Part shown: piece by piece, positions 9,603 to 18,323 of the stretch | Layout: every line of letters starts with the position of its first letter | Numbering within the stretch: the stretch's first letter is position 1 | Source: Euryarchaeota archaeon UBA486 | Lineage (GTDB): Archaea; Thermoplasmatota; Poseidoniia; Poseidoniales; Poseidoniaceae | Direction: 5' to 3' | Length of the DNA stretch: 59,619 nucleotides | NCBI GenBank assembly: GCA_002497765.1 | Contig: DAET01000070.1 | Location: 1 to 59,619, forward strand | The notes under the pieces: generated by a model | Told to the model about the DNA's origin: nothing | Seen by the model: only the letters and a program-made list of their open reading frames with translations | Databases searched by the model: none | Program-made: the position numbers and the translations under genes

Positions 9603-11801
9603 ATGGGATGGAGAAGGAGTGAGTGCCTGGCGATCTCGCTCGTCCTTCTTTTCCTTCTCCTCGCCATGCCCGTCGAGGCCCAGACCGATCAACCGTTGCA
9701 GCTTGATGGAGGGCGCTCCGTCATTGACCTCAATGCAGGCGAAGCACGGGACGTGCAGTTCACCGTGTCATCCGAAAGCGTGGCAATCCTCTCTTGGACC
9801 TGTTCATCCTGCCAACTGGAGGTGGGCGAACACGACGATAACCTCGCCGTTGAAGCCCACGGGACCACCATGCTGAGCGTTCAAGCGAACCAAACCGACA
9901 CCCTGACGTTGACCTTGTCCGCCGAAGGATCCGAGGCGGTAGAACTGCTGCTGTTCAACCAAATCGGGACCACCATGAACACGCAGCGACCTGCACCCGG
10001 TGCGGCCACAGACCACGTCACACCCGCTGTATGCACCTCCGCCAACGCCTGTTTGACGGCCACTGACCACCATTTATTCTCCGTTCCAGAGTTGAACCAG
10101 GCCACCACCAGCGGTGTGGTGGAGGCCAACGCCTACCACCATGTGGCCTTCAACGCCTCATCGGGCGATACTCTCGAATGGCAGTGGCTCGCAACCACCG
10201 AAGCCGTGTCCGTCGAAATGTTTCACCAAACCGAGACGAGCGAAACCCTCACCGACACAGATTTGAACGCTGGAGCGTCGACGGTGTGGTCGGCTTCAAC
10301 GCCGCTGGGAGCACACTGGGTAGCCCCCACTGACGGGCGATTCATTGCTCGTATAGCGACCCAAGCCCCCGTTGCCTTTTGGGCGGCGCATGTCGTGTTG
10401 CACCACCATGAACCGGTCCATTCCTTGATGGAGAGCAACCTCACATCAGGCACTGAAATCATCGGCCACGGCAACATCACCGCCCCGTTCGCATGGGACG
10501 AAACCCAGGAACTCAGTGTTGAGGCGGTGCACCACCCTGTGGTGTTCTCGGTCGACCAACTGCTGAACGGCGCATGGGTGGCAGGTTCGCCCCACACCCT
10601 TCAACCGGGCGAACCGATGAAGGTGTACCCCTATCCGGACGTGAGTGCCGGGCGAATGAAGGTGACCGGTGCAACAGCGTTCATGCTCGAAGCCTCCACC
10701 CGGTCGTATGCAGACCTCGACGGTCTTGAGGCCCCGTCCTACCGGCCCACGGACAACGCAACCAACAATGCGACTTGGCCGGTCATCAACCTAACCGAAC
10801 CCACCTCAGGAGAACTCACCCTGGCCGTCCACGACACCACAGACACGTATCGATTGGTGGTGGACGGCTGGAGCGAATCCATTCACTTCGTTCAGTTCGT
10901 GGTTGAGGGTGATGTCGCTGACCTTGAGATCCAACTGTGGGACATCGACCAGAACACGGGTGAAGTGTTGGCGACGGACATCACCCGTCCAGTGGGCGAA
11001 CAGCTTCGAATCGGACTGCAGGTCGGAAGAGGTACGCATTACCTCCAACTTCGATTCCAAAACGCCTCTGAGGCGACCCCTCACCTCTGGGGAGAGGATG
11101 TGGCCTCGAGAAGCTACACACTGCGGCCCGCCTACACCCTCATCGATGAAGGCGACGAGCCCTGGTTCCCACCCAGCGAGGACGCGGTGTTCTGGGGCGG
11201 TGTCGCACGGTGGTTCATGGGCCTCCTGTTCTTGTTGCCTGCCGTTTATCTCTTCATCCACGTCAAACGTTCTCAAGCCTTTGCGGCTTCGGTGGCCGAG
11301 AAAAAGGAGAGGCTTTCGTGGTACATCTCGAGGTTGGACAGCGGTGAAAGCAGTCCAAAACAGGCGCGAATTGACATGAGCAAAGCCCTGCGTGCCGTCG
11401 CCGAACTCGATTGGAACGAGGGACTCGAGGCTTGGGGGCCCAAGCGATTGGAGCATCGAACCGAGGACGTGGCCCTCGCCATTTGGAGTGTAGATGAGCG
11501 TTTAGCTACCAAAGAAAAGGCTTGGCCGGTCGTGGTCGGTGTTCATGTTCTGAACGGCACATGGGATCTTGCTGCCCTCCGGTTTGATGCCCCAGAAGGG
11601 CAGGGCTTTGAGGTCGTGCATGTGGAACCGCGTTTCCTTTTCCAAGGGGAGGAAGTGTTCCTTGACACCATGGGTCCCGGCCATCGAACCTACCTCATCG
11701 TTGAATTGGCCGGTCCCGCTCAACACGTCGACGTAGAACTCAACGGACGGATGGACGGTCAGCCGTTCGCTGCTCGTGTTCCGGAAACGCTTGAGCGATG
11801 A
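9603..11801 (+). CDS. Single-pass membrane protein with large ectodomain and ~175-aa cytoplasmic domain
   Basis: Signal peptide (CLAISLVLLFLLLAMPVEAQ), beta-rich ectodomain, TM helix (VARWFMGLLFLLPAVYLFIHV), then a globular C-terminal region. Confidence 0.8.
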   Translation: MGWRRSECLAISLVLLFLLLAMPVEAQTDQPLQLDGGRSVIDLNAGEARDVQFTVSSESVAILSWTCSSCQLEVGEHDDNLAVEAHGTTMLSVQANQTDTLTLTLSAEGSEAVELLLFNQIGTTMNTQRPAPGAATDHVTPAVCTSANACLTATDHHLFSVPELNQATTSGVVEANAYHHVAFNASSGDTLEWQWLATTEAVSVEMFHQTETSETLTDTDLNAGASTVWSASTPLGAHWVAPTDGRFIARIATQAPVAFWAAHVVLHHHEPVHSLMESNLTSGTEIIGHGNITAPFAWDETQELSVEAVHHPVVFSVDQLLNGAWVAGSPHTLQPGEPMKVYPYPDVSAGRMKVTGATAFMLEASTRSYADLDGLEAPSYRPTDNATNNATWPVINLTEPTSGELTLAVHDTTDTYRLVVDGWSESIHFVQFVVEGDVADLEIQLWDIDQNTGEVLATDITRPVGEQLRIGLQVGRGTHYLQLRFQNASEATPHLWGEDVASRSYTLRPAYTLIDEGDEPWFPPSEDAVFWGGVARWFMGLLFLLPAVYLFIHVKRSQAFAASVAEKKERLSWYISRLDSGESSPKQARIDMSKALRAVAELDWNEGLEAWGPKRLEHRTEDVALAIWSVDERLATKEKAWPVVVGVHVLNGTWDLAALRFDAPEGQGFEVVHVEPRFLFQGEEVFLDTMGPGHRTYLIVELAGPAQHVDVELNGRMDGQPFAARVPETLER

Positions 11802-11809
11802 CCAGACGC

Positions 11810-12934
11810 TCAACCACGACGTCGCTCGTCCGCATCGTCGAGAATGCTGGCCTCGACATCGCCAGGAGCAAGGTCAGCCCGCATGGTCTCCAACCCTTTC
11901 CGAGTGGCTTTCGGGACTTTCTTTGGCATGTGGAGTTTCAGGAGCACCACCACATCACCTCGCCCACCGCCCCGCTGTCGAGGAAGACCGCGCTTTCGCA
12001 ATTCAATGGTCTCGCCCGAGTTGGAATAGGCTGGCACCTTGATCACCAGCGGTTTCCCGTCAAGATGTTCCAACTCCACCGTCGTCCCCAAGACCAAATC
12101 GGCATAACCAAGCGGGAGCGACATGATGAGGTCAGAACCAGAGCGTTCGAACCATTGATGCTGTTCAATGTCGAGTTCAATGAATAAATCCCCGGGTTCT
12201 CCCACGCCCTGCGGGGCAGGTTCACCTTTCCCACGCATGCGCATTCGAGTGCCATCCTCAGCGCCTTCGGGAACGCTGAATCGGAGCGTGTTCGATTTGA
12301 GTTCTTGACCCCGCCCGGAACAATCGCCGCAGGGATGGTCTGCTACGTTCCCACGCCCACCGCAATCCTGGCAGGGCTGCACTGCTTCTTGGATGAACGG
12401 ACCAACTTGTTGTCGGACGCGAACTTGCCCTCGTCCAGCGCAGGTGTTACAGGGGGACAACTCGCCTCCCTCGGCACCGGTTCCATCGCACGTGCTGCAC
12501 GGTTCGGGCAGGTCGAGAACGACCTCTTGCTCCGAACCGAGGTACACATCTCGGAGGGAGATGGAATGTCGAATGAGAATGTCCGAACCTCGACGTGTGG
12601 AGCGTCGACGAGAGCCACCGCCAAAAAACGAGGAAAAGAAATCTCCTCCAAGGATGTCCTCGAGATTGATGTTGAATCCACCGCCACCAAAACCACTGAA
12701 GGGCGAACCTTGAGGTCCACTGTGCCCAAACCGGTCGTACTGAGCCCGCTTTTGATCGTCCGAGAGCACCGCATAGGCTTCTTGGATCTCTTTGAATCGG
12801 TCCTCCGCATCCTCCTCGGTGCTCCGGTCGGGGTGGTATTTGCGAGCGAGACGACGGAAGGCGTTCTTGAGGTCGCTTGCAGAAGCCGACTTCTCAACGC
12901 CAAGGACGTCGTAGTAGTCCCGCTTCTCACTCAT
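11810..12934 (-). CDS. dnaJ: Chaperone protein DnaJ
   Basis: J-domain (RDYYDVLGV...YHPD), G/F-rich region, four CxxCxGxG repeats and a C-terminal domain. Start at the ATG at 12934 (MSEKRDYY). Confidence 0.97.
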   Translation of the reverse strand: MSEKRDYYDVLGVEKSASASDLKNAFRRLARKYHPDRSTEEDAEDRFKEIQEAYAVLSDDQKRAQYDRFGHSGPQGSPFSGFGGGGFNINLEDILGGDFFSSFFGGGSRRRSTRRGSDILIRHSISLRDVYLGSEQEVVLDLPEPCSTCDGTGAEGGELSPCNTCAGRGQVRVRQQVGPFIQEAVQPCQDCGGRGNVADHPCGDCSGRGQELKSNTLRFSVPEGAEDGTRMRMRGKGEPAPQGVGEPGDLFIELDIEQHQWFERSGSDLIMSLPLGYADLVLGTTVELEHLDGKPLVIKVPAYSNSGETIELRKRGLPRQRGGGRGDVVVLLKLHMPKKVPKATRKGLETMRADLAPGDVEASILDDADERRRG

Positions 12935-12990
12935 GGCGCCGTCCTCGTTGGAGACGACGGGAGACCTGTTTTGAACCTCACGCCTCCCCT

Positions 12991-13926
12991 TCAAAGGTCC
13001 AAGCCACAATGGGGGCAGAATCGCTCACTGGGGCTCACGGGTGCACTGCAACCCCGACACGTCGGGCCCGTGGTGGCCACGGGACTGGACGACGACGGAC
13101 TTTGACCCATCATGGCCATGCTTTCCAACGACTCGGAAACAACCGGAACGACTTTTCCAACCGGTGTTGGATCAGCACCGTCCCGAACCTGTCCTGAGGT
13201 CGTCATCACGGTTTCAACCCCCCCTGAGTCGCTCATCGAGGTCATGTTGACCTCCGAGTCATCCTGGCCTTTATCGAGGCGAAGCGGAGCCACGGGGCGT
13301 TGTGCTGTAACCGGTGATACCGCAGCGGCTTGCCGCAACCTTGCTTGACGCTGAGCCTCTCGTTCGGCCTTGCTGTCGACGCCAAACAGACCAAAGAGAC
13401 CGTCCAAAAATCGATCCATGGGGCTGATTTTCCTGCTGGCACCCATGGTACCAACAACGGTTTCGTCGTCCAACGTGGCACTTCCTGTAACTCGGGCGTT
13501 GGCTTTGACGATGTGGTCAGCTTCGCTGAGCATTTGGACTTCGACTTTGGCCTCGTCGCCCAATTCCATTTCCGGACCTTCCCCTGAAATCTCTCCGACC
13601 GAACGAGTAAGCCCGTGTTTGTTCAACGGGTCCATCGCTCCATCAAGGTGTGCATCCGTAGCCCAAACACCTCGCTCTTCCGCCTCGTAGACGTGTTTGA
13701 TTTTCCGCATGGCTTTGGCTCGGTTGTATTCGTGATCCTTCACCACACCTGAGCGACGATACACCACCACGCCGATGAGAACGGCGACCAGGTACCATGC
13801 GTACATCAGCCTAGGTTCGAGTTCAAACATGGTCTGCAGCGGGGGAAGCGACAGATGAGAAGCCCCCATCACGAGAAGCGGCAGCACGCTGAGGCTGCGA
13901 TTCGTGACCCCACGTGATTTGGCCAT
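12991..13926 (-). CDS. Membrane protein with C-terminal zinc ribbon
   Basis: N-terminal hydrophobic segments (YAWYLVAVLIGVVVYRR), a long polar region, and terminal CRGC...RFCPHCG. Start codon uncertain. Confidence 0.75.
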   Translation of the reverse strand: MAKSRGVTNRSLSVLPLLVMGASHLSLPPLQTMFELEPRLMYAWYLVAVLIGVVVYRRSGVVKDHEYNRAKAMRKIKHVYEAEERGVWATDAHLDGAMDPLNKHGLTRSVGEISGEGPEMELGDEAKVEVQMLSEADHIVKANARVTGSATLDDETVVGTMGASRKISPMDRFLDGLFGLFGVDSKAEREAQRQARLRQAAAVSPVTAQRPVAPLRLDKGQDDSEVNMTSMSDSGGVETVMTTSGQVRDGADPTPVGKVVPVVSESLESMAMMGQSPSSSSPVATTGPTCRGCSAPVSPSERFCPHCGLDL

Positions 13927-13981
13927 GGTGCTCAGTCCCTTGGTCTGGCGATTCACTGATGTATCTATTGGCTGAATGTAT

Positions 13982-15019
13982 CTATGAACGGTCGCTGGGC
14001 AGCCGCCCCCGACGAACCAGTCCATCGCCCATACCCAGCGTAAAACTGGTGTGAAGCATCAGCAAACACAGGGGTACGCCAACCAAGGCCGACCAACCAT
14101 CGCCACGCATCGCCCGGTGAACACCTGCGAATCCGAGAGCGACCCCATAACATGCAACAAGGACCCACCAGAGGGGTTCGCCTGCTACCCCCAACGCCAT
14201 GGTCAGCAAGAGACCGACCAACGGGAGAAATTCCTGCCAGGTTGCACGGCGAGGGTGCTTGAGAAGTACTTTTGTTCTCCAAAAACCGTACCTGTGGCCC
14301 ATTTTCCACCAGTTGGCAAGGGTTGAGCGCTTGTGCATGTGAACCGTGGTGGCGCCATCCCTGTAAAGCACGTATCCAGATTTCAGCAGACGCATGGAAA
14401 GTTCACTGTCCTGGCTGGTGATGAAGGATTCATCCCACCCTCCAACGGCGTTGAGCGATGTGCGGCTGTGCATGACAAAGGCCGGTACCTTCGTCGGTTC
14501 TCGCCCACTGAATTGGCTGAACTGCCCACCGCTGCGACCGATGGGCGATGCCAAGGCCCCGTCGATCCAACGTGCTGTTCGAGACGTCGCTTGGTTTGCA
14601 GGCAGGACCCTGACGCCCAGGCCAGAGAGGCGGTCTCCGACTTCATCCTGACACGCCGCCCACGCTTGGAGACGGGATTCGAGGTGATCTGGCGGAACCG
14701 TGGCATGACCGATCAGTTCAACCAGGAACTCAACGCTATCCGGCAAGGTGGAAAGGGCCAGGTTTCGAGCGTGGGCGACGGTTCGATTTGGGTTTTCCAT
14801 GAACGAGAGCTGGGGGTAATCATCACCTTGATGCTCCTCCATGATGCCATTCACCACCCGTTGGGTGCCGTCGGTGGAACCGCCATCCAGCACCACAATC
14901 ATGTGGCGGGCAGGTTCAATCGTTTGCTCGAGAAGCGACAGCAAGCAGGCTTCGATGTGTTCAACTTCATTGTAAACGGGAATGACGGTCGCCAATTCAG
15001 GACCCTCAGCCGCATCCAT
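13982..15019 (-). CDS. Glycosyltransferase family 2 (ExoA-like) with C-terminal TM helices
   Basis: VIPVYNE, VLDGGSTDGT, ARNLAL, VGGWDESF..SQDSELSMRL and C-terminal hydrophobic helices. Start probably the ATG at 15019. Confidence 0.92.
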   Translation of the reverse strand: MDAAEGPELATVIPVYNEVEHIEACLLSLLEQTIEPARHMIVVLDGGSTDGTQRVVNGIMEEHQGDDYPQLSFMENPNRTVAHARNLALSTLPDSVEFLVELIGHATVPPDHLESRLQAWAACQDEVGDRLSGLGVRVLPANQATSRTARWIDGALASPIGRSGGQFSQFSGREPTKVPAFVMHSRTSLNAVGGWDESFITSQDSELSMRLLKSGYVLYRDGATTVHMHKRSTLANWWKMGHRYGFWRTKVLLKHPRRATWQEFLPLVGLLLTMALGVAGEPLWWVLVACYGVALGFAGVHRAMRGDGWSALVGVPLCLLMLHTSFTLGMGDGLVRRGRLPSDRS

Positions 15020-15108
15020 ACATCGTGGTGGTTGGAGTCCGTTTTCACCTCTTCGTCTGCTGCATTCATCCTCGGTATGTTCTTTGAGGTCAACCCCCTC
15101 CCTCGACC

Positions 15109-15624
15109 ATGGATGGTTCACGGCTGCGGCTCACAGGCGTAGGCGAGGGGTTCACGACCCGAATCACCACGACCCTGACGGGGGTTGACTCACCAACCAA
15201 GGTGCTCGAAGCACTTCAACGGCTCTTTCCAGAGACGTCAAGGCCTGACCTCGAACCCGAACCTTCCTTGGGGCATCCCGTGAACGCCGAATGGGAATTT
15301 GATGAGGTTTCGCTGGCCACCTTTCTTCAACAACTCCACGAACAACGCATTCTCGACACGGCTCTCGATGCGATGTCGATGAACATGGATGGAAACACCA
15401 CCACCTTCCGTGTTGCTCGGCAGGCGGCAGTGGCCGGAAAAATCGCTTTTCCAATTCCCGGAGATGACCCCTTGGGCGGCGCGTTTTCCATCACCATCAC
15501 CGGGGAGGGACTCGAGGATTGGCTCCAGGCAGCCACATGGCATGCAGGACGTACGCAGGTCCCTCGACACATCAACGACGATCATTCCATGAGCGAAGAC
15601 GGCGAGTCTACGACGTGGGTTTGA
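15109..15624 (+). CDS. UPF0201/DUF54-like putative RNA-binding protein
   Basis: Pattern KVLEALQRLFP...LHEQRILDTA...FRVARQAAVAGKIAF...DPLG matches the archaeal UPF0201 family as I recall it. Confidence 0.7.
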   Translation: MDGSRLRLTGVGEGFTTRITTTLTGVDSPTKVLEALQRLFPETSRPDLEPEPSLGHPVNAEWEFDEVSLATFLQQLHEQRILDTALDAMSMNMDGNTTTFRVARQAAVAGKIAFPIPGDDPLGGAFSITITGEGLEDWLQAATWHAGRTQVPRHINDDHSMSEDGESTTWV

Positions 15625-16639
15625 ACACTTCAGCCAGGAAGGCGATCATTTCGCCATCCCTGCCGGCCCATTCAAGTTCAGGGACCTTGTTCGGGCTCAA
15701 CCACCGAACGGCCTGGTGGACATGCAGAGCGAGATCAGGTGGAACATGATTCACCGAGGAATGTATGAGGTGGATGACAAAAGCCTCGTCACCGCGTTGC
15801 CGGTACCACGAACCAAGCGGGTGGCCCGCTCGGACATCCAAGGAGAGTTCCTCGCGAACCTCACGTTCCAGAGCCATTGACCACGATTCATTTCGTTCAC
15901 ATTTCCCACCGGGAAACTCCCAAAGGAGGCCGTCGGCTTCTCCTGCGCTGCGTTGGCCGACGAGGACCTCGCCCCCATAGGACGAAAGTGCAGCAGCGAC
16001 CACGTGGTGTGGAGCCATGGGGTAGGGGCGCAGCATGTACGCTAAGCAGGATTCAACCATTGCCACACCTTGTTCGACCGAGAGTTTCGTTTCGCCAGGG
16101 AGATGAAGAAACAACACGGGTGAGGGCACAGGGTCCGTGGAAGGTCGTTCACACACCGCTCTCATCGTGGCGTGGTAGGTCTCGTTGCAAAGGTACGCTC
16201 CGGCATCGGTGGAAAGCGTGAACGGGACGGGAAAGTCATCGGGCTGCCACAGCGTAAGGTCCAACCAACAACCGCGATGACCTTTGCCGTCCAACTGACC
16301 GTCGTTGATTTGACGACCTTTGTTATCTGGAATTCGCATGTGAAGACGATCCTGTGCCAAGCGCTCCAAGCGTGGAACATCGCATGATTCGCACAGACCA
16401 ACATGGAGAATGGCATCCCACCCTTCCCCGCTGCTGATCCGCGCAGCGGTGCGCTGGGCGCCTTCAGCGTCCACGGTTAACACATCGGTTTCAACATGAA
16501 CGGGAAACGAATGCGCTGTCCAAGGGTTGACCAGTTGGTGTGAATCCTGAAGACGATTGACAACACGTTGGCTGATGTTGGTGTCGTTCCCGCCAAAGGG
16601 TTCGAACCCGGTGACCAAAACGGTGGGAACGGGCTCCAT
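15608..16639 (-). CDS. Pyroglutamyl-peptidase I (C15) fused to a Nudix (MutT-like) hydrolase
   Basis: N-terminal VLVTGFEPFGG..NIS, LERLA (Glu), DAGAYLCNETY (Cys) and FLHLP (His). C-terminal WEFPGGKCERNESWSMALEREVREEL is a Nudix box. Confidence 0.92.
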   Translation of the reverse strand: MEPVPTVLVTGFEPFGGNDTNISQRVVNRLQDSHQLVNPWTAHSFPVHVETDVLTVDAEGAQRTAARISSGEGWDAILHVGLCESCDVPRLERLAQDRLHMRIPDNKGRQINDGQLDGKGHRGCWLDLTLWQPDDFPVPFTLSTDAGAYLCNETYHATMRAVCERPSTDPVPSPVLFLHLPGETKLSVEQGVAMVESCLAYMLRPYPMAPHHVVAAALSSYGGEVLVGQRSAGEADGLLWEFPGGKCERNESWSMALEREVREELSLDVRAGHPLGSWYRQRGDEAFVIHLIHSSVNHVPPDLALHVHQAVRWLSPNKVPELEWAGRDGEMIAFLAEVFKPTS

Positions 16640-16724
16640 GACCGATGATGGGAAGGTGGGTTTTTGATTCATCCGACAGCTTCATCGGCGTCATCTTCAC
16701 AAACATGAAACGCGACCCGCCTCC

Positions 16725-17066
16725 ATGGAAGAGGAACTCGTGGTCCAATTGGCCCCGGAATCCTCTGCACCCAAAGAGGGCTTTTTTCTCGTTCGAATCG
16801 TCAAAGAAATTTGGCGTGAAATCACCTTCGGCGTGGGTACATGGGGGGCACTTCGCCCGTTGATTGCCGCTGCTCTGGCTGCCGTGCCCTTCTTCTTTCT
16901 TGGACAACACTTCAACCGCCAACATCGACGGGGAGTCGAATGGGGGTTCCTCCAAATCCCGCTGGCACTCACCATCATCTTGTGGTTCGGACTCTATTTT
17001 TGGTCAATCTTTGACGCTTGGAGGGACGCCGTCGCAGCCATGGGGTCGCCTCAAGACCAGAGTTGA
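16725..17066 (+). CDS. Small membrane protein (2-3 TM)
   Basis: Hydrophobic helices and the ending LYFWSIFDAWRDA. Fills the gap between flanking genes. Confidence 0.7.
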   Translation: MEEELVVQLAPESSAPKEGFFLVRIVKEIWREITFGVGTWGALRPLIAAALAAVPFFFLGQHFNRQHRRGVEWGFLQIPLALTIILWFGLYFWSIFDAWRDAVAAMGSPQDQS

Positions 17067-17836
17067 TCTCGAATTGGTATGGAGCCGTCGGCGAGCCCGG
17101 CCAGGTCTGCACGGTCGTCGTCATCAAAATCGCTTGGGAGACTACCGAAAATAAAATTCCCAACATCAGCCGACTCAATCGCCCAATACATCACGGAGTC
17201 GTCGTTGCTTGAGTGACCGGGGTGGTCAGGGTCTTCGTGGTCAACCGGTGATTCATACACCAAGTTCACAAGCCCGAGAAGATGGCCCACTTCATGCACC
17301 AGCACACTGTTCTCCACGTCCTCGACTGAAGGCCGTCCAAACGGCCCGTCGGCCTCATCGATGGAATCACTGAACAGAGCGACAGTCGAAGCGTCGACGG
17401 CGACGCCGAGGACGGAATCCGAATCGTAGGTACCTGCGGGGAAGAGAATTTGCCAGTACAGGGTCGTCCCGTCTCGTGGAGACGTGTCCTTCTGCTCCCA
17501 GCCCTTGTCTCGAACATCCTGTGCCGACCACGTGCCCTCATGCCCGAAGTCCACCTCATCGTATTCAACGGAAATGCCAGAAGGCTTGTCACAGACGCTC
17601 TCGAGCCGTTCAATCAGGAGATCAACGCTGCTGGAAAACGGGCGATAGCCAGGTTCGTGGTCGATCTCAATGACCATTGAGGTGTACATGCTGCTTCGCA
17701 AACATGCGAGGGTGAGGCCGCCGGGGACACCCTTCTTCTCGGGAAGAATGTCCAGCCCGTCACTTCCAAAGCAACCAACCATGGAGCTGCTCATCACAAA
17801 GACAACCAACATAACCGCCAAGTTTCGCTTTGCCAT
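17051..17836 (-). CDS. Putative lipoprotein zinc metalloprotease (metzincin-like)
   Basis: Lipobox-like SMVGC after a hydrophobic stretch, HEVGHLLGLVN zinc motif, downstream DHPGH and Met-turn-like SVMY. Start at the ATG at 17836. Confidence 0.85.
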   Translation of the reverse strand: MAKRNLAVMLVVFVMSSSMVGCFGSDGLDILPEKKGVPGGLTLACLRSSMYTSMVIEIDHEPGYRPFSSSVDLLIERLESVCDKPSGISVEYDEVDFGHEGTWSAQDVRDKGWEQKDTSPRDGTTLYWQILFPAGTYDSDSVLGVAVDASTVALFSDSIDEADGPFGRPSVEDVENSVLVHEVGHLLGLVNLVYESPVDHEDPDHPGHSSNDDSVMYWAIESADVGNFIFGSLPSDFDDDDRADLAGLADGSIPIRDQLWS

Positions 17837-17873
17837 GACCTTTACACCTGAACCTTCACTTTTGAACATCTGC

Positions 17874-18314
17874 CTACCAGTCATCGGGAATGTCAATTGG
17901 GGAGAAGAGCTGTCCGGGCCCTGTAGCAGAGGCGAGTTGAGTCCGTGCAAGATGTTCCCACTGACGCAAGGCAAGAATGGCGTCAATGACGGACGCGTTG
18001 ATTTCAACCAACGTCACCCGAATGAGCGTATCAAGGATGTCCATGCGCTGATGGTCAACGATGTTCATCACCTTCTCAAGATCAAAGGACGCGTTTGAGC
18101 TGGGAGAAACAGCATCGATGGGCCAGGGGGCATGAACACGTTCACTCACGGCCTCACCTGTGCGTTCAAGATGTTGGTTCAACGTCGTCATCAGTTGATT
18201 GAGATGTTTCTGCAGGACCAATGATACCTCTACGAGTGGCATGTTGAGCTGGTTGACCAAATTGACCGTTCGCTCGGTGAGCGTAACGAGCCCGTCGACC
18301 GAATCATCTTCCAA
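17874..18314 (-). CDS. Hypothetical cytoplasmic protein (146 aa) with internal helical duplication
   Basis: TTG start 9 nt after the upstream stop, with purine-rich GAGGGA before it. Two similar segments, QLNMPLVEVSLVLQ and EINASVIDAILALR. Confidence 0.7.
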   Translation of the reverse strand: MEDDSVDGLVTLTERTVNLVNQLNMPLVEVSLVLQKHLNQLMTTLNQHLERTGEAVSERVHAPWPIDAVSPSSNASFDLEKVMNIVDHQRMDILDTLIRVTLVEINASVIDAILALRQWEHLARTQLASATGPGQLFSPIDIPDDW

Positions 18315-18323
18315 GGTCGTCCC

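Noticed and set aside
9518-9667. Apparent head-to-head overlap between arcS and the 741-aa gene
   Set aside because: It is an artefact of longest-ORF calling. Starts at 9517 and 9603 leave an 85-nt divergent intergenic region with TATA-like words.
17837-18007. Apparent overlap of the metalloprotease ORF with the 146-aa gene
   Set aside because: The signal peptide begins at ATG 17836, which removes the overlap.
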